A stretch of DNA of 29,203 nt from Promethearchaeota archaeon (GCA_048939015.1 JBHLPW010000057.1:1-29203); one strand, 5' to 3'. Shown: positions 17,993 through 27,272, counted from the first letter of the stretch. The notes: generated from the sequence alone by a model not told the origin. Program-made: numbers and translations.

Positions 17993-18559
17993 TTAGTCTT
18001 CTTTATTAACTAAGTAGAAAAGTTTACTCAATTCAGGAATAATTATATGTTGAATAGCGAGTGTTACTGCGTCTAGAGAACTTGGAAGCAATATTATGAC
18101 TTTCCCCTTTTTTTTAATTCGTAAAATACCCGCATTTGCTCTATATAACATAGCTGGAGTACCAATTTCATTATATGAAAGAGATCTAAACAGTTCTCCA
18201 AATCCCTCGATCACTTTTTCAAATCGAGGCACGATAGTTTCAAATGTAATCTCCTTTTCTGAGTATCCCATACCACCGCTAAAGATTATCGAATCAATTT
18301 TGTCATCTTTCATTAAATCTACTAACACTTTATTTATATGGTCCTCTGAGTCTGTTATAATTTGAGAAAAAGCTAATTTAATTGATTGATCATTAATAAG
18401 TAGCCTCTCTACTTTAGGGATAATTTTATCTGTACTTTTCTTTTTCGATTTCAACTCATGATATTGATTAGTGTTTACTACAATTAATGCTAAATTTATT
18501 TTAGGAGCCTTTTTTTTTTGATCGTTAGATATTTGTGATTTTTTTATCATTTTTATCAA
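17993..18559 (-). CDS. moaB: MoaB/MogA-family (molybdopterin adenylyltransferase fold) protein with degenerate motifs
   Basis: IEGFGELFRSLSYNEIG..AML.RA.AG is the MoaB signature. GGTG>GGMG, RDVT>KEIT, SRA>YRA, PGS>PSS. Confidence 0.8.
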   Translation of the reverse strand: MIKMIKKSQISNDQKKKAPKINLALIVVNTNQYHELKSKKKSTDKIIPKVERLLINDQSIKLAFSQIITDSEDHINKVLVDLMKDDKIDSIIFSGGMGYSEKEITFETIVPRFEKVIEGFGELFRSLSYNEIGTPAMLYRANAGILRIKKKGKVIILLPSSLDAVTLAIQHIIIPELSKLFYLVNKED

Positions 18560-18728
18560 ATAATTTTATGCTTAAAACTATATCATTTATTTTTAAAGAA
18601 ATTTTACGTGTCTAAGTTAGAAATGTTCAATTATAATTAATTAATTTTCAATAGACCATTTTTAATGAATTTATCATTATTGTCTAATTTTCTCATAAAG
18701 GTAGTTTTTGATTAGGAATTCATTCATT

Positions 18729-19007
18729 TTAACCTCCTGAAACTGGTAATAAGAAGGTTATGGTATCATTATGATTTAAGTTAATTAATGCGGGATTTTT
18801 CTCATGGATTGCTTGGTTATTTATTATAATCGATATTAAGTTATGTATTTTTTGATTTTTTTCATCCCAAATTAAATCCCTTAAATTGTACTTTTCAAAT
18901 AATATATTTAGTAATCCCTCTAAAGTGGACTCGACTAAATTAAATTCTTCTCTTTCTTTACCGGTTATTTCTTTAAATTCTGCGAAATATATAACATGTA
19001 TAATCAT
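18729..19007 (-). CDS. moaD: MoaD/ThiS/SAMP ubiquitin-like sulfur carrier
   Basis: VIYFAEFKEITG N-terminus; C-terminal LPVSGG. Confidence 0.88.
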   Translation of the reverse strand: MIIHVIYFAEFKEITGKEREEFNLVESTLEGLLNILFEKYNLRDLIWDEKNQKIHNLISIIINNQAIHEKNPALINLNHNDTITFLLPVSGG

Positions 19008-19034
19008 TTTTAAGAAAATTATAGGGTTGCCAAT

Positions 19035-20084
19035 TTAGTAAAAATAAAGCCATCTAATAAATGTTAATAAAAACCCTAAAATGACCGTTGCCATAAATAA
19101 ATAAAAAGAAGTTAAATTCCATTTATAATGCCATGTTTTTTTATTTTGGTCTCTCTTTCTTGATTTCTTAAAGCCTGTAATAGCACCAGGGATGATAAGC
19201 AACATTGAAATTAAAGCAGTGAGGCCATGAACAGTATAAAAAATGGCACCCCTGTTTAAGATTGTAGATATGACCCAATAGAAAAAAGTACCGAGAGAAG
19301 TGAGAAAGTATCCAACACCGACTGCAATGTGAAATTTTCGATTCATAAATTTGGGTAATTCACGATAAAATTCTGTGATTGGCGACCTTTTTAGCCCTGA
19401 CATAAGAGCAACACCACCTAAGATAAAAGAAATTGCCAATAATTCAGCATGTAAAAACCAATCTGTAAATGGTGTACGATAGGCATTATCACTCCAACCA
19501 CGACTCTCCCAATAACCTATATAGTCATAATTTACAATCTCTATCCTAACAACCCATTTCACCCATTTATAACCCAAATGGTCTGGAGCTACAACCCTCA
19601 CTGGAAACCCTTGTTCAATTGGTAAAGGCTCACCATTCATTTCATAAGCTAGTAGGATATTATCCACACTTGCTTCTTCAATAGTTAATGATGATGAATA
19701 ATCATCAGCAGCGTAAAACACAACATCTATAGCTCCAGGCTGTACTTTTGCTTGTTCTAATAATTCTTTAACAGGTACACCTTTCCATAAAGCAGTTCCA
19801 GAAGGTCCATCAACACATTGTAGTGTCGCAAGAACTTCTTTTGATGGTAGAGAAGTAAAGTTTGAATAAGAATAAGTTAGGCTATTGTTGATATGTCCCA
19901 CAATCTTCATATTCCAATTATTAACAGAGATAATAGGAGTCTCTCCCTTCGATACTACAAAGAACTCATCATTAGGAGTTATTACATATCTACTAAGAAA
20001 AATACCTAATATTCCAAATAGGGGGAGACATAATATGATCAAAATTCCAATGTATTTTAAATAGGTTTTTCTTTTTCTGTCCAT
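19035..20084 (-). CDS. Sulfite oxidase/MsrP-like molybdopterin oxidoreductase fused to a 4-TM cytochrome b561-like domain
   Basis: TPNDEFF, TLQCV (Mo-ligand Cys), WKGV, AYEMNGEPLP.EQGFPVR, GYKWVKW, GYWESRGW; then TM helices with four His (LHAEL, FHIAV, VHGLT, WHYKW). Confidence 0.88.
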   Translation of the reverse strand: MDRKRKTYLKYIGILIILCLPLFGILGIFLSRYVITPNDEFFVVSKGETPIISVNNWNMKIVGHINNSLTYSYSNFTSLPSKEVLATLQCVDGPSGTALWKGVPVKELLEQAKVQPGAIDVVFYAADDYSSSLTIEEASVDNILLAYEMNGEPLPIEQGFPVRVVAPDHLGYKWVKWVVRIEIVNYDYIGYWESRGWSDNAYRTPFTDWFLHAELLAISFILGGVALMSGLKRSPITEFYRELPKFMNRKFHIAVGVGYFLTSLGTFFYWVISTILNRGAIFYTVHGLTALISMLLIIPGAITGFKKSRKRDQNKKTWHYKWNLTSFYLFMATVILGFLLTFIRWLYFY

Positions 20085-20212
20085 GAGAATTATTTTTAAT
20101 ATAAAATCTGCTAAATTTTTTAAGTAAAAAAGGAAGAATGGTACCCGTTTTATTACATCATTTAGGATTTCATCATTTTAAAAGTTCCTTGCTATTAATT
20201 ATAAGAGACTAT

Positions 20213-21091
20213 TTAAAATATTGATAAAAATAAATGGTATAGTGAAGGTAGTTTAGGAATTGGGAGAATTTGAAATAGAAATATCAGTAAAAAAGAAAAT
20301 CCTAATAAGCATAAAATAATAAACACCCCATCAATAGACCTAAATTTTATAATCTTTAAATTGGTTCTTTTCTTATGAGCGCCAAAACAACGATTTTCCA
20401 TTGATATTGAAGTTATATGACCTTTTCTAAGGATTGAAATTAGAGTTGCCACTAATCTTTCAAAAATTAACCTATATGCTTTTTTTATAGAGTTTGCTTT
20501 TTCAAGTCCAAATCCTCTTGCTCTTTGAGCTAAAGCTATTGTTTTAGCTTCTTGTTCGATTAATGGAATGTATCTTATTCCCACCATCAATGAAAAACAG
20601 TACCTATATGGAATTTTTATTCTTATAAGTGAGTATAGAAAGTCCTTTGGGGATGTACTATTAGAAAAAATAATTGTAGAAGTAAACAATATAAGAACAA
20701 TTAATGACGCTTTAAGTGCATAATATAGAGCCAATCTTCTTACAGGTAGAAAAGGAGCATTAAAAATATAAAACAAAACTGTTTCTTGATTACTTGGAAT
20801 TGCATTAAAGAAGATATTCAAGATTACACTTATAATAAGGATAAATATGATGAATTTTAGTTTCCTTAATAAATCTCTAAGAGATATTTTACTAATTAAG
20901 GTCAATAAAATAATCAGGATAAATATTATAGTTAATAAAATTAAACTTCTAATCATAAAGATGGAAATTGTTAACAAAATTAAAAAAAAGATCTTAGAAA
21001 GAGGATTCAATTTGTGCATTAATGATTTTCCAGGTAAATAGGCAAATGTGTAAAATCTATGATCTAAAACCCTATTTTTATTTTTTCTCAT
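20213..21091 (-). CDS. ecfT: ECF transporter transmembrane component T
   Basis: S.MHKLNPLSK, RYIP, AQRARG and SMENRCF (two conserved Arg motifs). Confidence 0.92.
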   Translation of the reverse strand: MRKNKNRVLDHRFYTFAYLPGKSLMHKLNPLSKIFFLILLTISIFMIRSLILLTIIFILIILLTLISKISLRDLLRKLKFIIFILIISVILNIFFNAIPSNQETVLFYIFNAPFLPVRRLALYYALKASLIVLILFTSTIIFSNSTSPKDFLYSLIRIKIPYRYCFSLMVGIRYIPLIEQEAKTIALAQRARGFGLEKANSIKKAYRLIFERLVATLISILRKGHITSISMENRCFGAHKKRTNLKIIKFRSIDGVFIILCLLGFSFLLIFLFQILPIPKLPSLYHLFLSIF

Positions 21092-22898
21092 TATTTCCTA
21101 ATTCTAATTGATATTTAATTCTCTCTAATAAAATAATAGGACCCAAATTTCTATGTTTCTGAAAATAATTATGACTCATGTCATAATCTCGAAGAGTACC
21201 ATCTCTATTTAATTCAATAATTCTTTTGGTATATTTTAGGAGTAGATGATAATCATGTGAAGATATTATTATAGTCTTTCCTCTTTTGTTCTCAATATAA
21301 AGGGTCTCAATTAAGGAATCAATAGTCTTTTGGTCTTGACCTATAAAAGGTTCATCTAATAAAATAATCTCAGGATTATAAATGAATATAGAACTTAAGT
21401 TTAATCTACGTTTCTGCCCCCAACTAAGATGAAATGGATTTTTTTCTGGATCTTCTTTTCCAATTAAGTTTAATAATTTAGTGATATAAGAATCACTAAG
21501 TTCATTTTTTAAACCAAAATTTTTTGGTCCATATAATAATTCTTCTCTAAGAGTTGGTCTAAAAATCATATTCTCTGGGTTTTGAAAAATAAATCCTATC
21601 TTTTTGGCATATTCATACTGACTTATTTGACTTATATTCTTATTATTATAATAAATCTCTCCTGAAGTAGGTTCATATAAGTTTGCGAGTAGATACAATA
21701 GTGTTGTCTTTCCTGAACCATTAGGACCAACTAGTCCGATAAAATCTCCCTTGTGTATTTCCAAATTCAAGTTTTTCAATGCTATAATTCCACTATTTGG
21801 ATATTTAAATGTAAGATCTCTTGTTTCTAACACCCAATCATGTTTAACTGATTTAGCTATATCATCCCTTTCTTTCAATTCTTTTAGAGATTTTATATAA
21901 ACATCCTTGAATTCTATTAATTCTTCGAACTTTTCATATTTCTGCAATTCTATAGGTTTAATTTCCTTATCAATTACAATTTTATGTAATCTATTCAGTT
22001 CTTCTTTATTTAATTGACTAATAAAGTCTAATAATTCTTGAAAATCAGAGGGATAGTTGACTTTTTCTTTAGAATTTCTGAATTTTTGAAACCCATAAAA
22101 GATATCGATTATCCATGGAACCCGTATATTGTTTTTTCGCAAATCATCAAAATTTTGGGTAACTAGCTTTTTAATATCTCCGTTTATTGAGATATTTCCT
22201 AAATCATTTAAAATAACTAATTTATCTGCAATATCCATAACTCTAGATAATCTGTGTTCAATAATCACTAAAGTTATTGGAAAAGTTTTTGATTGAATAA
22301 GATATTTCAATCTATTTAATAAAAAGCTCTCTGATTGTTGATCTAAGAAAGCAATTGGTTCATCAAGGATTAATAACTTCGGATTCATAGCTAAAAAAGA
22401 GCTTAAAATAACGAGTTGCTTTTGCCCTCCACTTAGTTGATCGATATCTCGATTTAGTAGGTGATCAATGCCCATCAATTTAGAAACGCTATTTACTCTT
22501 TCCTTAATAATTTCAGATGATAAATTTAAATTTTCTAGACCAAAAGCAATCTCATCTTTTACATTGAAAGTTATTAACTGATCATTAGGATTCTGTTTGA
22601 CTAGTCCAACTAATTGAGATAATTCTGAAAAATTATAATCCCAAATGCTTTTACTAAATATTTTAACGTCTCCTTTTACTAATCCCTTCTGACGCCATGG
22701 AATAATCCCATTCATAGCATAAGACAGCGTTGACTTTCCACTTCCACTAGGACCAGCTAAGACTAAAACTTCTCCCTCATTTAATTTAAAAGTGATATCA
22801 GAAACCACAGGCTTTACATTTTTATTATCTCCATATATAAAAGAGAAATTTTCGAAAGCTAAGGCTATTTTATTATTAGAATTAAAGTACAACACCAC
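21078..22898 (-). CDS. ECF transporter fused duplicated ATPase (EcfA-A')
   Basis: Two ABC domains: GPSGSGKS/LSGGQKQ/ILDEP and GPNGSGKT/LSWGQKR/LLDEP; QNP motifs. Confidence 0.92.
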   Translation of the reverse strand: MVLYFNSNNKIALAFENFSFIYGDNKNVKPVVSDITFKLNEGEVLVLAGPSGSGKSTLSYAMNGIIPWRQKGLVKGDVKIFSKSIWDYNFSELSQLVGLVKQNPNDQLITFNVKDEIAFGLENLNLSSEIIKERVNSVSKLMGIDHLLNRDIDQLSGGQKQLVILSSFLAMNPKLLILDEPIAFLDQQSESFLLNRLKYLIQSKTFPITLVIIEHRLSRVMDIADKLVILNDLGNISINGDIKKLVTQNFDDLRKNNIRVPWIIDIFYGFQKFRNSKEKVNYPSDFQELLDFISQLNKEELNRLHKIVIDKEIKPIELQKYEKFEELIEFKDVYIKSLKELKERDDIAKSVKHDWVLETRDLTFKYPNSGIIALKNLNLEIHKGDFIGLVGPNGSGKTTLLYLLANLYEPTSGEIYYNNKNISQISQYEYAKKIGFIFQNPENMIFRPTLREELLYGPKNFGLKNELSDSYITKLLNLIGKEDPEKNPFHLSWGQKRRLNLSSIFIYNPEIILLDEPFIGQDQKTIDSLIETLYIENKRGKTIIISSHDYHLLLKYTKRIIELNRDGTLRDYDMSHNYFQKHRNLGPIILLERIKYQLELGNNEKK

Positions 22899-22899
22899 T

Positions 22900-23526
22900 C
22901 TAGAAGGTTGTTGGAACTCCAGCTTTAATTAAATAATTTTTAGTTGTCCGACCTAGTAAACCGGTGATCAATATTCCTGATATAAAAGCAAATATGAATG
23001 CTAAAACCCATAATACCCAATGTAAATACCATCGTTGATTAATAATCCAGAAAAAAGGAGCTTGAAAAAAGTTCCCAAATCCACCTGCAATACCCCATCC
23101 AAGTTTAGTTTCACCTTCCCCAATCCTTTCCATTAACATAAAACCAATTATTAAGAAGAAACCTTCCATTAAATTTACCAGAATGATTAGTAAACCCCAT
23201 GGATCACCAAGTAAAAACTCAAGTACTCCCTTAGTAATCATTGTTAACATTATAGTTGGCTTTTTCCGAGTTAGCCCATAAACAATAGTTGCCCAAATTA
23301 CATGGTGCCCACTCACTAACTGAGTACCACCAGTTAAAGGGTACCATATTTTTATTAGTAAAGAAAATGGGATTAAACTAGAGATGATTCCACCCATTAC
23401 TCCTATTATTGTTGAATACAGAAGATCAAGGAGAGTTAATCTTTTAGTTTTTTCCTGTAAATACCCTGATGGTTTAAATTCATCTTTAGAATCGGAATTT
23501 ATTTCATCAATATTTTCTAATTTCAT
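22900..23526 (-). CDS. ECF transporter substrate-specific S component (YkoE-like)
   Basis: ~6 TM; LTLLDLL, RKK......KGVLEFLLGDPWG...EG pattern; directly upstream of the ECF ATPase and T genes. Confidence 0.82.
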   Translation of the reverse strand: MKLENIDEINSDSKDEFKPSGYLQEKTKRLTLLDLLYSTIIGVMGGIISSLIPFSLLIKIWYPLTGGTQLVSGHHVIWATIVYGLTRKKPTIMLTMITKGVLEFLLGDPWGLLIILVNLMEGFFLIIGFMLMERIGEGETKLGWGIAGGFGNFFQAPFFWIINQRWYLHWVLWVLAFIFAFISGILITGLLGRTTKNYLIKAGVPTTF

Positions 23527-23539
23527 GTTTATTGATTTT

Positions 23540-24103
23540 TTATTGAATTATTATTGTTTTCAGATATTTTATAGCATAATGTGTATTTGCTTTATCAGGA
23601 ATTAATTCATGATCAACAATACTTCTGAGTGGTCCATCAAAATATATAGGATCTCCATCTTTTTCATAAGCAATGATTACTTGGTCTGAATTATTTTCTG
23701 CCATTGCCAAGGGAAGTGAAGTTTCAGCCCAATACCCATCTCCTCCTACAAAAAGAAAACTTGAGGCATCTTCATTCAAAATATTTTCTTCTTCAAGGAT
23801 ACTCCATAATGATGTACCAGAATATATTTCATCAAATTCTCTCCCAATTGCATTTAAAAAGTGAAAGTTTTTATCTAATATTTGATCATATTTATCAGAT
23901 TTAAGATCTGCCACAGATAATTGTAGTTCTCTATTAACATTTCCTTTAATAGTAAGAACTTTTGTATTTTCTCCCCCAAATGTGGTTTTAATGTGATAAA
24001 AGGGATCTATATCTAGTAAAATAAACGCATACAGACTTAACCAAAAGACTGATATCCCTATTAATATCCCTGAAACCATTATATAGAAATTTCTTTTTTC
24101 CAT
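23540..24103 (-). CDS. Membrane-anchored protein with an oxidoreductase molybdopterin-binding-like domain, no Cys
   Basis: N-terminal TM; LTIKGNV..ELQLSVADL, YSGTSLWSIL, F.GGDGY, IIAYEKDGDPI..DGPLR, IKYLKTIII align with the 19035 Moco domain. Confidence 0.75.
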   Translation of the reverse strand: MEKRNFYIMVSGILIGISVFWLSLYAFILLDIDPFYHIKTTFGGENTKVLTIKGNVNRELQLSVADLKSDKYDQILDKNFHFLNAIGREFDEIYSGTSLWSILEEENILNEDASSFLFVGGDGYWAETSLPLAMAENNSDQVIIAYEKDGDPIYFDGPLRSIVDHELIPDKANTHYAIKYLKTIIIQ

Positions 24104-24111
24104 TCTATTGG

Positions 24112-25011
24112 TTAACTTCTCTTTAATGTATATTCAATTTTAATACTCATAAGAATTAATGCAAATACTGAAAAAAACAAAATAATAAATATATCATAAG
24201 CAGGTACTACTGTAGAAGATTCAGGAAATTTTATTTCTAGTGCATGCGTCCAAGATATTAGGTGATCTTCGTGCTGTGCATCATTCATAATTCCCATATT
24301 AAATTTATAAATTCCAGATTGGTCAACTTGGATATCATAAGGATCATTTGTTGTTAATTCTCGTTTAATTTCAAGTGTGTATGAAACATTTGTCCTATAG
24401 GTATAAGCAATTTCTACATCTTCTGTTTCTAAATTTGGGTCATACCAACCATAAGTACCAAAACATTTATCCCGACAGTAGTATGATGAACCATTAATTG
24501 GAGATAATGATAAACATGACCAATCCCAACTATCAACATCACCGCCTCCCATATCCAGTGTACTCATTCCACTTGTAAAATATGCTGAAAAATTTGGAAC
24601 GTTAATATTCCAGCAAAAATATAGTCCATCATAGACACTAGCACCTAGATCTGGTCTTGTTGAATTATCAAACCACTTACATAATATAAAAAGATAAGTA
24701 TCTGTTATTACAAATGTTATATTTAGGTATATTACCTGAAAATTCGGACCATAAGATTCTGATGCTAATGGTATTATTAATGATCCATTTTCATTATCAC
24801 TTGTATGTTCTTTCCAAAAATTTTCATTTGGAAGACCATCCAAGTTGATAGACGCAGATCTTTCATAAAAAGGAATGATCTTTGTAACATTATGATAATC
24901 TTTACAATCTCCTTCAGGAGGAAAAGCATTAGCTGACGGAAATGTAATATTTATTATTACTAAGAGTGAAAAAGTAAGTGTAGATAATCTTAAGATGTTT
25001 CGATATTTCAT
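24112..25011 (-). CDS. Exported DOMON/ethylbenzene-dehydrogenase-gamma-like putative heme-binding protein with C-terminal anchor
   Basis: Signal peptide (SANA/F); INLDG...E.FW, LFILCKW.D, DGLYFCW, GM, VDSWDW, YTLEIKRELTTND..DIQ, H.IS; C-terminal VPAY + TM + basic tail. Confidence 0.65.
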   Translation of the reverse strand: MKYRNILRLSTLTFSLLVIINITFPSANAFPPEGDCKDYHNVTKIIPFYERSASINLDGLPNENFWKEHTSDNENGSLIIPLASESYGPNFQVIYLNITFVITDTYLFILCKWFDNSTRPDLGASVYDGLYFCWNINVPNFSAYFTSGMSTLDMGGGDVDSWDWSCLSLSPINGSSYYCRDKCFGTYGWYDPNLETEDVEIAYTYRTNVSYTLEIKRELTTNDPYDIQVDQSGIYKFNMGIMNDAQHEDHLISWTHALEIKFPESSTVVPAYDIFIILFFSVFALILMSIKIEYTLKRS

Positions 25012-25073
25012 TTTTATTCATTATTACTGATTTTTAGTTTAGTAAAATTTAAAAAAAAATAAATTGATTTTGT

Positions 25074-26291
25074 TTATAGGTAAAATCCTGATGGAATTGA
25101 GCCTGTATATGAAGTAATTTCTATACTTACGACATGTGATAGATAAGTATTTCTTGGCCTCCCTGGAATTAATATATAAAATGGTCCTCTATGATACCCG
25201 CATATACGTCTATATGGCCAAATTGGATCGGTAATTCCTTGTCCTGACTCGCCTAATTCTTGATCGGCATAGACTAAAGCCATCAAAAGATCAGATTCAG
25301 GCATTGGAACTAAAGTCTCATTAATTAAATCCGCAGTTGTATTTAGATAACCATTAGCCCATTGGGGATAAGGAGGTGTAATCCCTTTTTCTATGTCTGT
25401 ATTAGTATATCTAGGTTCTTTTTTCCCACCGAATGGCCATGGAGTAGCCCATTCATCAGCTGACCAAAATCTAACGGTGTAATTCAAACCAGCAGCTGAT
25501 GTATGAGAGATAATTTCCGAAATGTTTCTTGCCCAATAGTGTCTATGGAAATCCCACCAATCATCTCTGTCGTAATTATATTCATCATCATATTCATTTA
25601 ATTTCATATTTGTAGGATCAATGGTGTATTCTACAGTGCCATTTACAACTACCTCAACAGTCCAATTACTCATCACCTCAACTTGAGAGAGATCATATAT
25701 TGCTGATGGAAATTGTTTTCCAATGAATGAAAAATTACCCCAATTTGGACCTAATGGAGATTCCCCTAGCCATTTTTTATTTGCAGCAATAGCTACAATA
25801 ATTGGGTCTTCGTCCCCATGATACATTCTTGAAATAATGTCACCAGTTGTTAATTCTAATGTATGACCATAACTGGATGTAATAGTTAAATCCCAACCAA
25901 AATTAGTATCATATTTTTCTAAAATATCTAATAAGTCTACCCCAGTTATATAAAGTCCAGTTCCAGGATCAAGAAATGTGTAAGGATATATGATATCTTT
26001 ATACTCATTAATCTCTGGTCCTCCTGCTGCTTGTTCTTCTAAAGCCAAGGCAACCCCATCTAGTATATCTTTCAAAGTTACTTTTATAGATGCTCCAGTT
26101 TGATTGTAAAGCATAAAATAAGATGCATTTGGTGCAGTACTCCAGTCATCTGGAAGACCAAATAGATCTGTAGGTCCTTCTGAAGGTGGACCAAATATTT
26201 CAGGTCCAGCAATAAATAAATAACCTAGTCCACCTGATACACCAACAATACCTATTAATAAAACACCGATAATAATATCTTTTTTATCCAT
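25074..26291 (-). CDS. Membrane-anchored surface protein, probably two degenerate molybdopterin-binding-like domains
   Basis: N-terminal TM. Repeat 1: TGVDLLDIL...TSSYG...IIVAIAAN...GNF...LSQVEV. Repeat 2: YWARNISEII...FWSADEW...LVY...GPFYILIPG....YLSHVVSIEI. Confidence 0.6.
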   Translation of the reverse strand: MDKKDIIIGVLLIGIVGVSGGLGYLFIAGPEIFGPPSEGPTDLFGLPDDWSTAPNASYFMLYNQTGASIKVTLKDILDGVALALEEQAAGGPEINEYKDIIYPYTFLDPGTGLYITGVDLLDILEKYDTNFGWDLTITSSYGHTLELTTGDIISRMYHGDEDPIIVAIAANKKWLGESPLGPNWGNFSFIGKQFPSAIYDLSQVEVMSNWTVEVVVNGTVEYTIDPTNMKLNEYDDEYNYDRDDWWDFHRHYWARNISEIISHTSAAGLNYTVRFWSADEWATPWPFGGKKEPRYTNTDIEKGITPPYPQWANGYLNTTADLINETLVPMPESDLLMALVYADQELGESGQGITDPIWPYRRICGYHRGPFYILIPGRPRNTYLSHVVSIEITSYTGSIPSGFYL

Positions 26292-26337
26292 TTTTATCAG
26301 ATTTTCTATTTATTTCATCTTTTTTTTGGTTAAATGT

Positions 26338-26361
26338 CGATAGGTCTATATGAACATATCG
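26338..26361. promoter_or_regulatory. ModE-like 24-bp imperfect palindrome upstream of the Moco/ECF cluster
   Basis: CGATAGGT-CTATATGA-ACATATCG; same CG-to-CG length as CGnTATATA-N6-TATATAnCG. Candidate minus-strand TATA (TTTTTAAAA, 26394-26386) lies just upstream. Confidence 0.6.
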
Positions 26362-26479
26362 CAATAAAAATGAAAATACTAAGAATTTTAAAAAGTTTTT
26401 CATAAAAATATGAAGAAAAAGTGTTAAGAGCTATAAAAATTATTTTTATAGATTTAACCTGATATCAGTCAGCAGCAGT

Positions 26480-27259
26480 CTATCGTTTACTCCATTTCCA
26501 AGCGTAATCTATAACATCCTGTCGACAAGTAGAAACACAGCTACCACAGAGAATGCAATCGGGATCATACATATTACCTGATTGAACTAGCTCATTAACA
26601 TCCAGTCCCATTTCACATGCTTTTGAACATTGTTTACAGTTCGTACATTTTTCTACATCAGCTTCTAAGTGTAATGAAGGATATTTGAGAATATTCTTTA
26701 GTTTTGTTCCAAGAACTCCTAACACACCCATTGGGCATGCATAATTACAAAAGGATCTCTTTCCACCTATAATTGTAAATAAAATTACGACTGATCCGAG
26801 AATTCCAAGATAGAAAATCAGCAATCCAATCTCGAATTCGTTCCATGAAATAATTCCAGTTGGATCTTCAGGAGTTGGATAATATGGGTTAAATCCGTAT
26901 TGATATCCTAAATTTAATATTGGTCCTAATGCAACAAAGACAATCCAGATGATAAATACAATGTATTTGATCTTCCTTCTCTTCTGTTTTTTTGCTGGAT
27001 CTAATTTTTTAGGAATCACATCACCAAAAACTTCTTGAGCAGCACCCCATTGACAACCATAAGCACAGAAAGCTCTTCCGAAAAAGAGGGATGAAATGAA
27101 CCATACGGTAAAGATAACAAAACTCATGCTAATATACCCCTCAAAACCACCCATAATAATAAGAACGGGTGACATCCAATTAAAGGTTATGGGCAATAGA
27201 ATAACCCATAAAAACATTAAGAGTTTTCTGAATTTGAATAATTTTTTATATTGTCCCAT
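26480..27259 (-). CDS. NapH/MauN-like membrane polyferredoxin (4Fe-4S binding protein)
   Basis: GRAFCAYGCQWG, RSFCNYACPMG, CTNCKQCSKAC, CILCGSCVSTC; TM segments. Confidence 0.9.
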   Translation of the reverse strand: MGQYKKLFKFRKLLMFLWVILLPITFNWMSPVLIIMGGFEGYISMSFVIFTVWFISSLFFGRAFCAYGCQWGAAQEVFGDVIPKKLDPAKKQKRRKIKYIVFIIWIVFVALGPILNLGYQYGFNPYYPTPEDPTGIISWNEFEIGLLIFYLGILGSVVILFTIIGGKRSFCNYACPMGVLGVLGTKLKNILKYPSLHLEADVEKCTNCKQCSKACEMGLDVNELVQSGNMYDPDCILCGSCVSTCRQDVIDYAWKWSKR

Positions 27260-27272
27260 AAAAGATCCCTCT

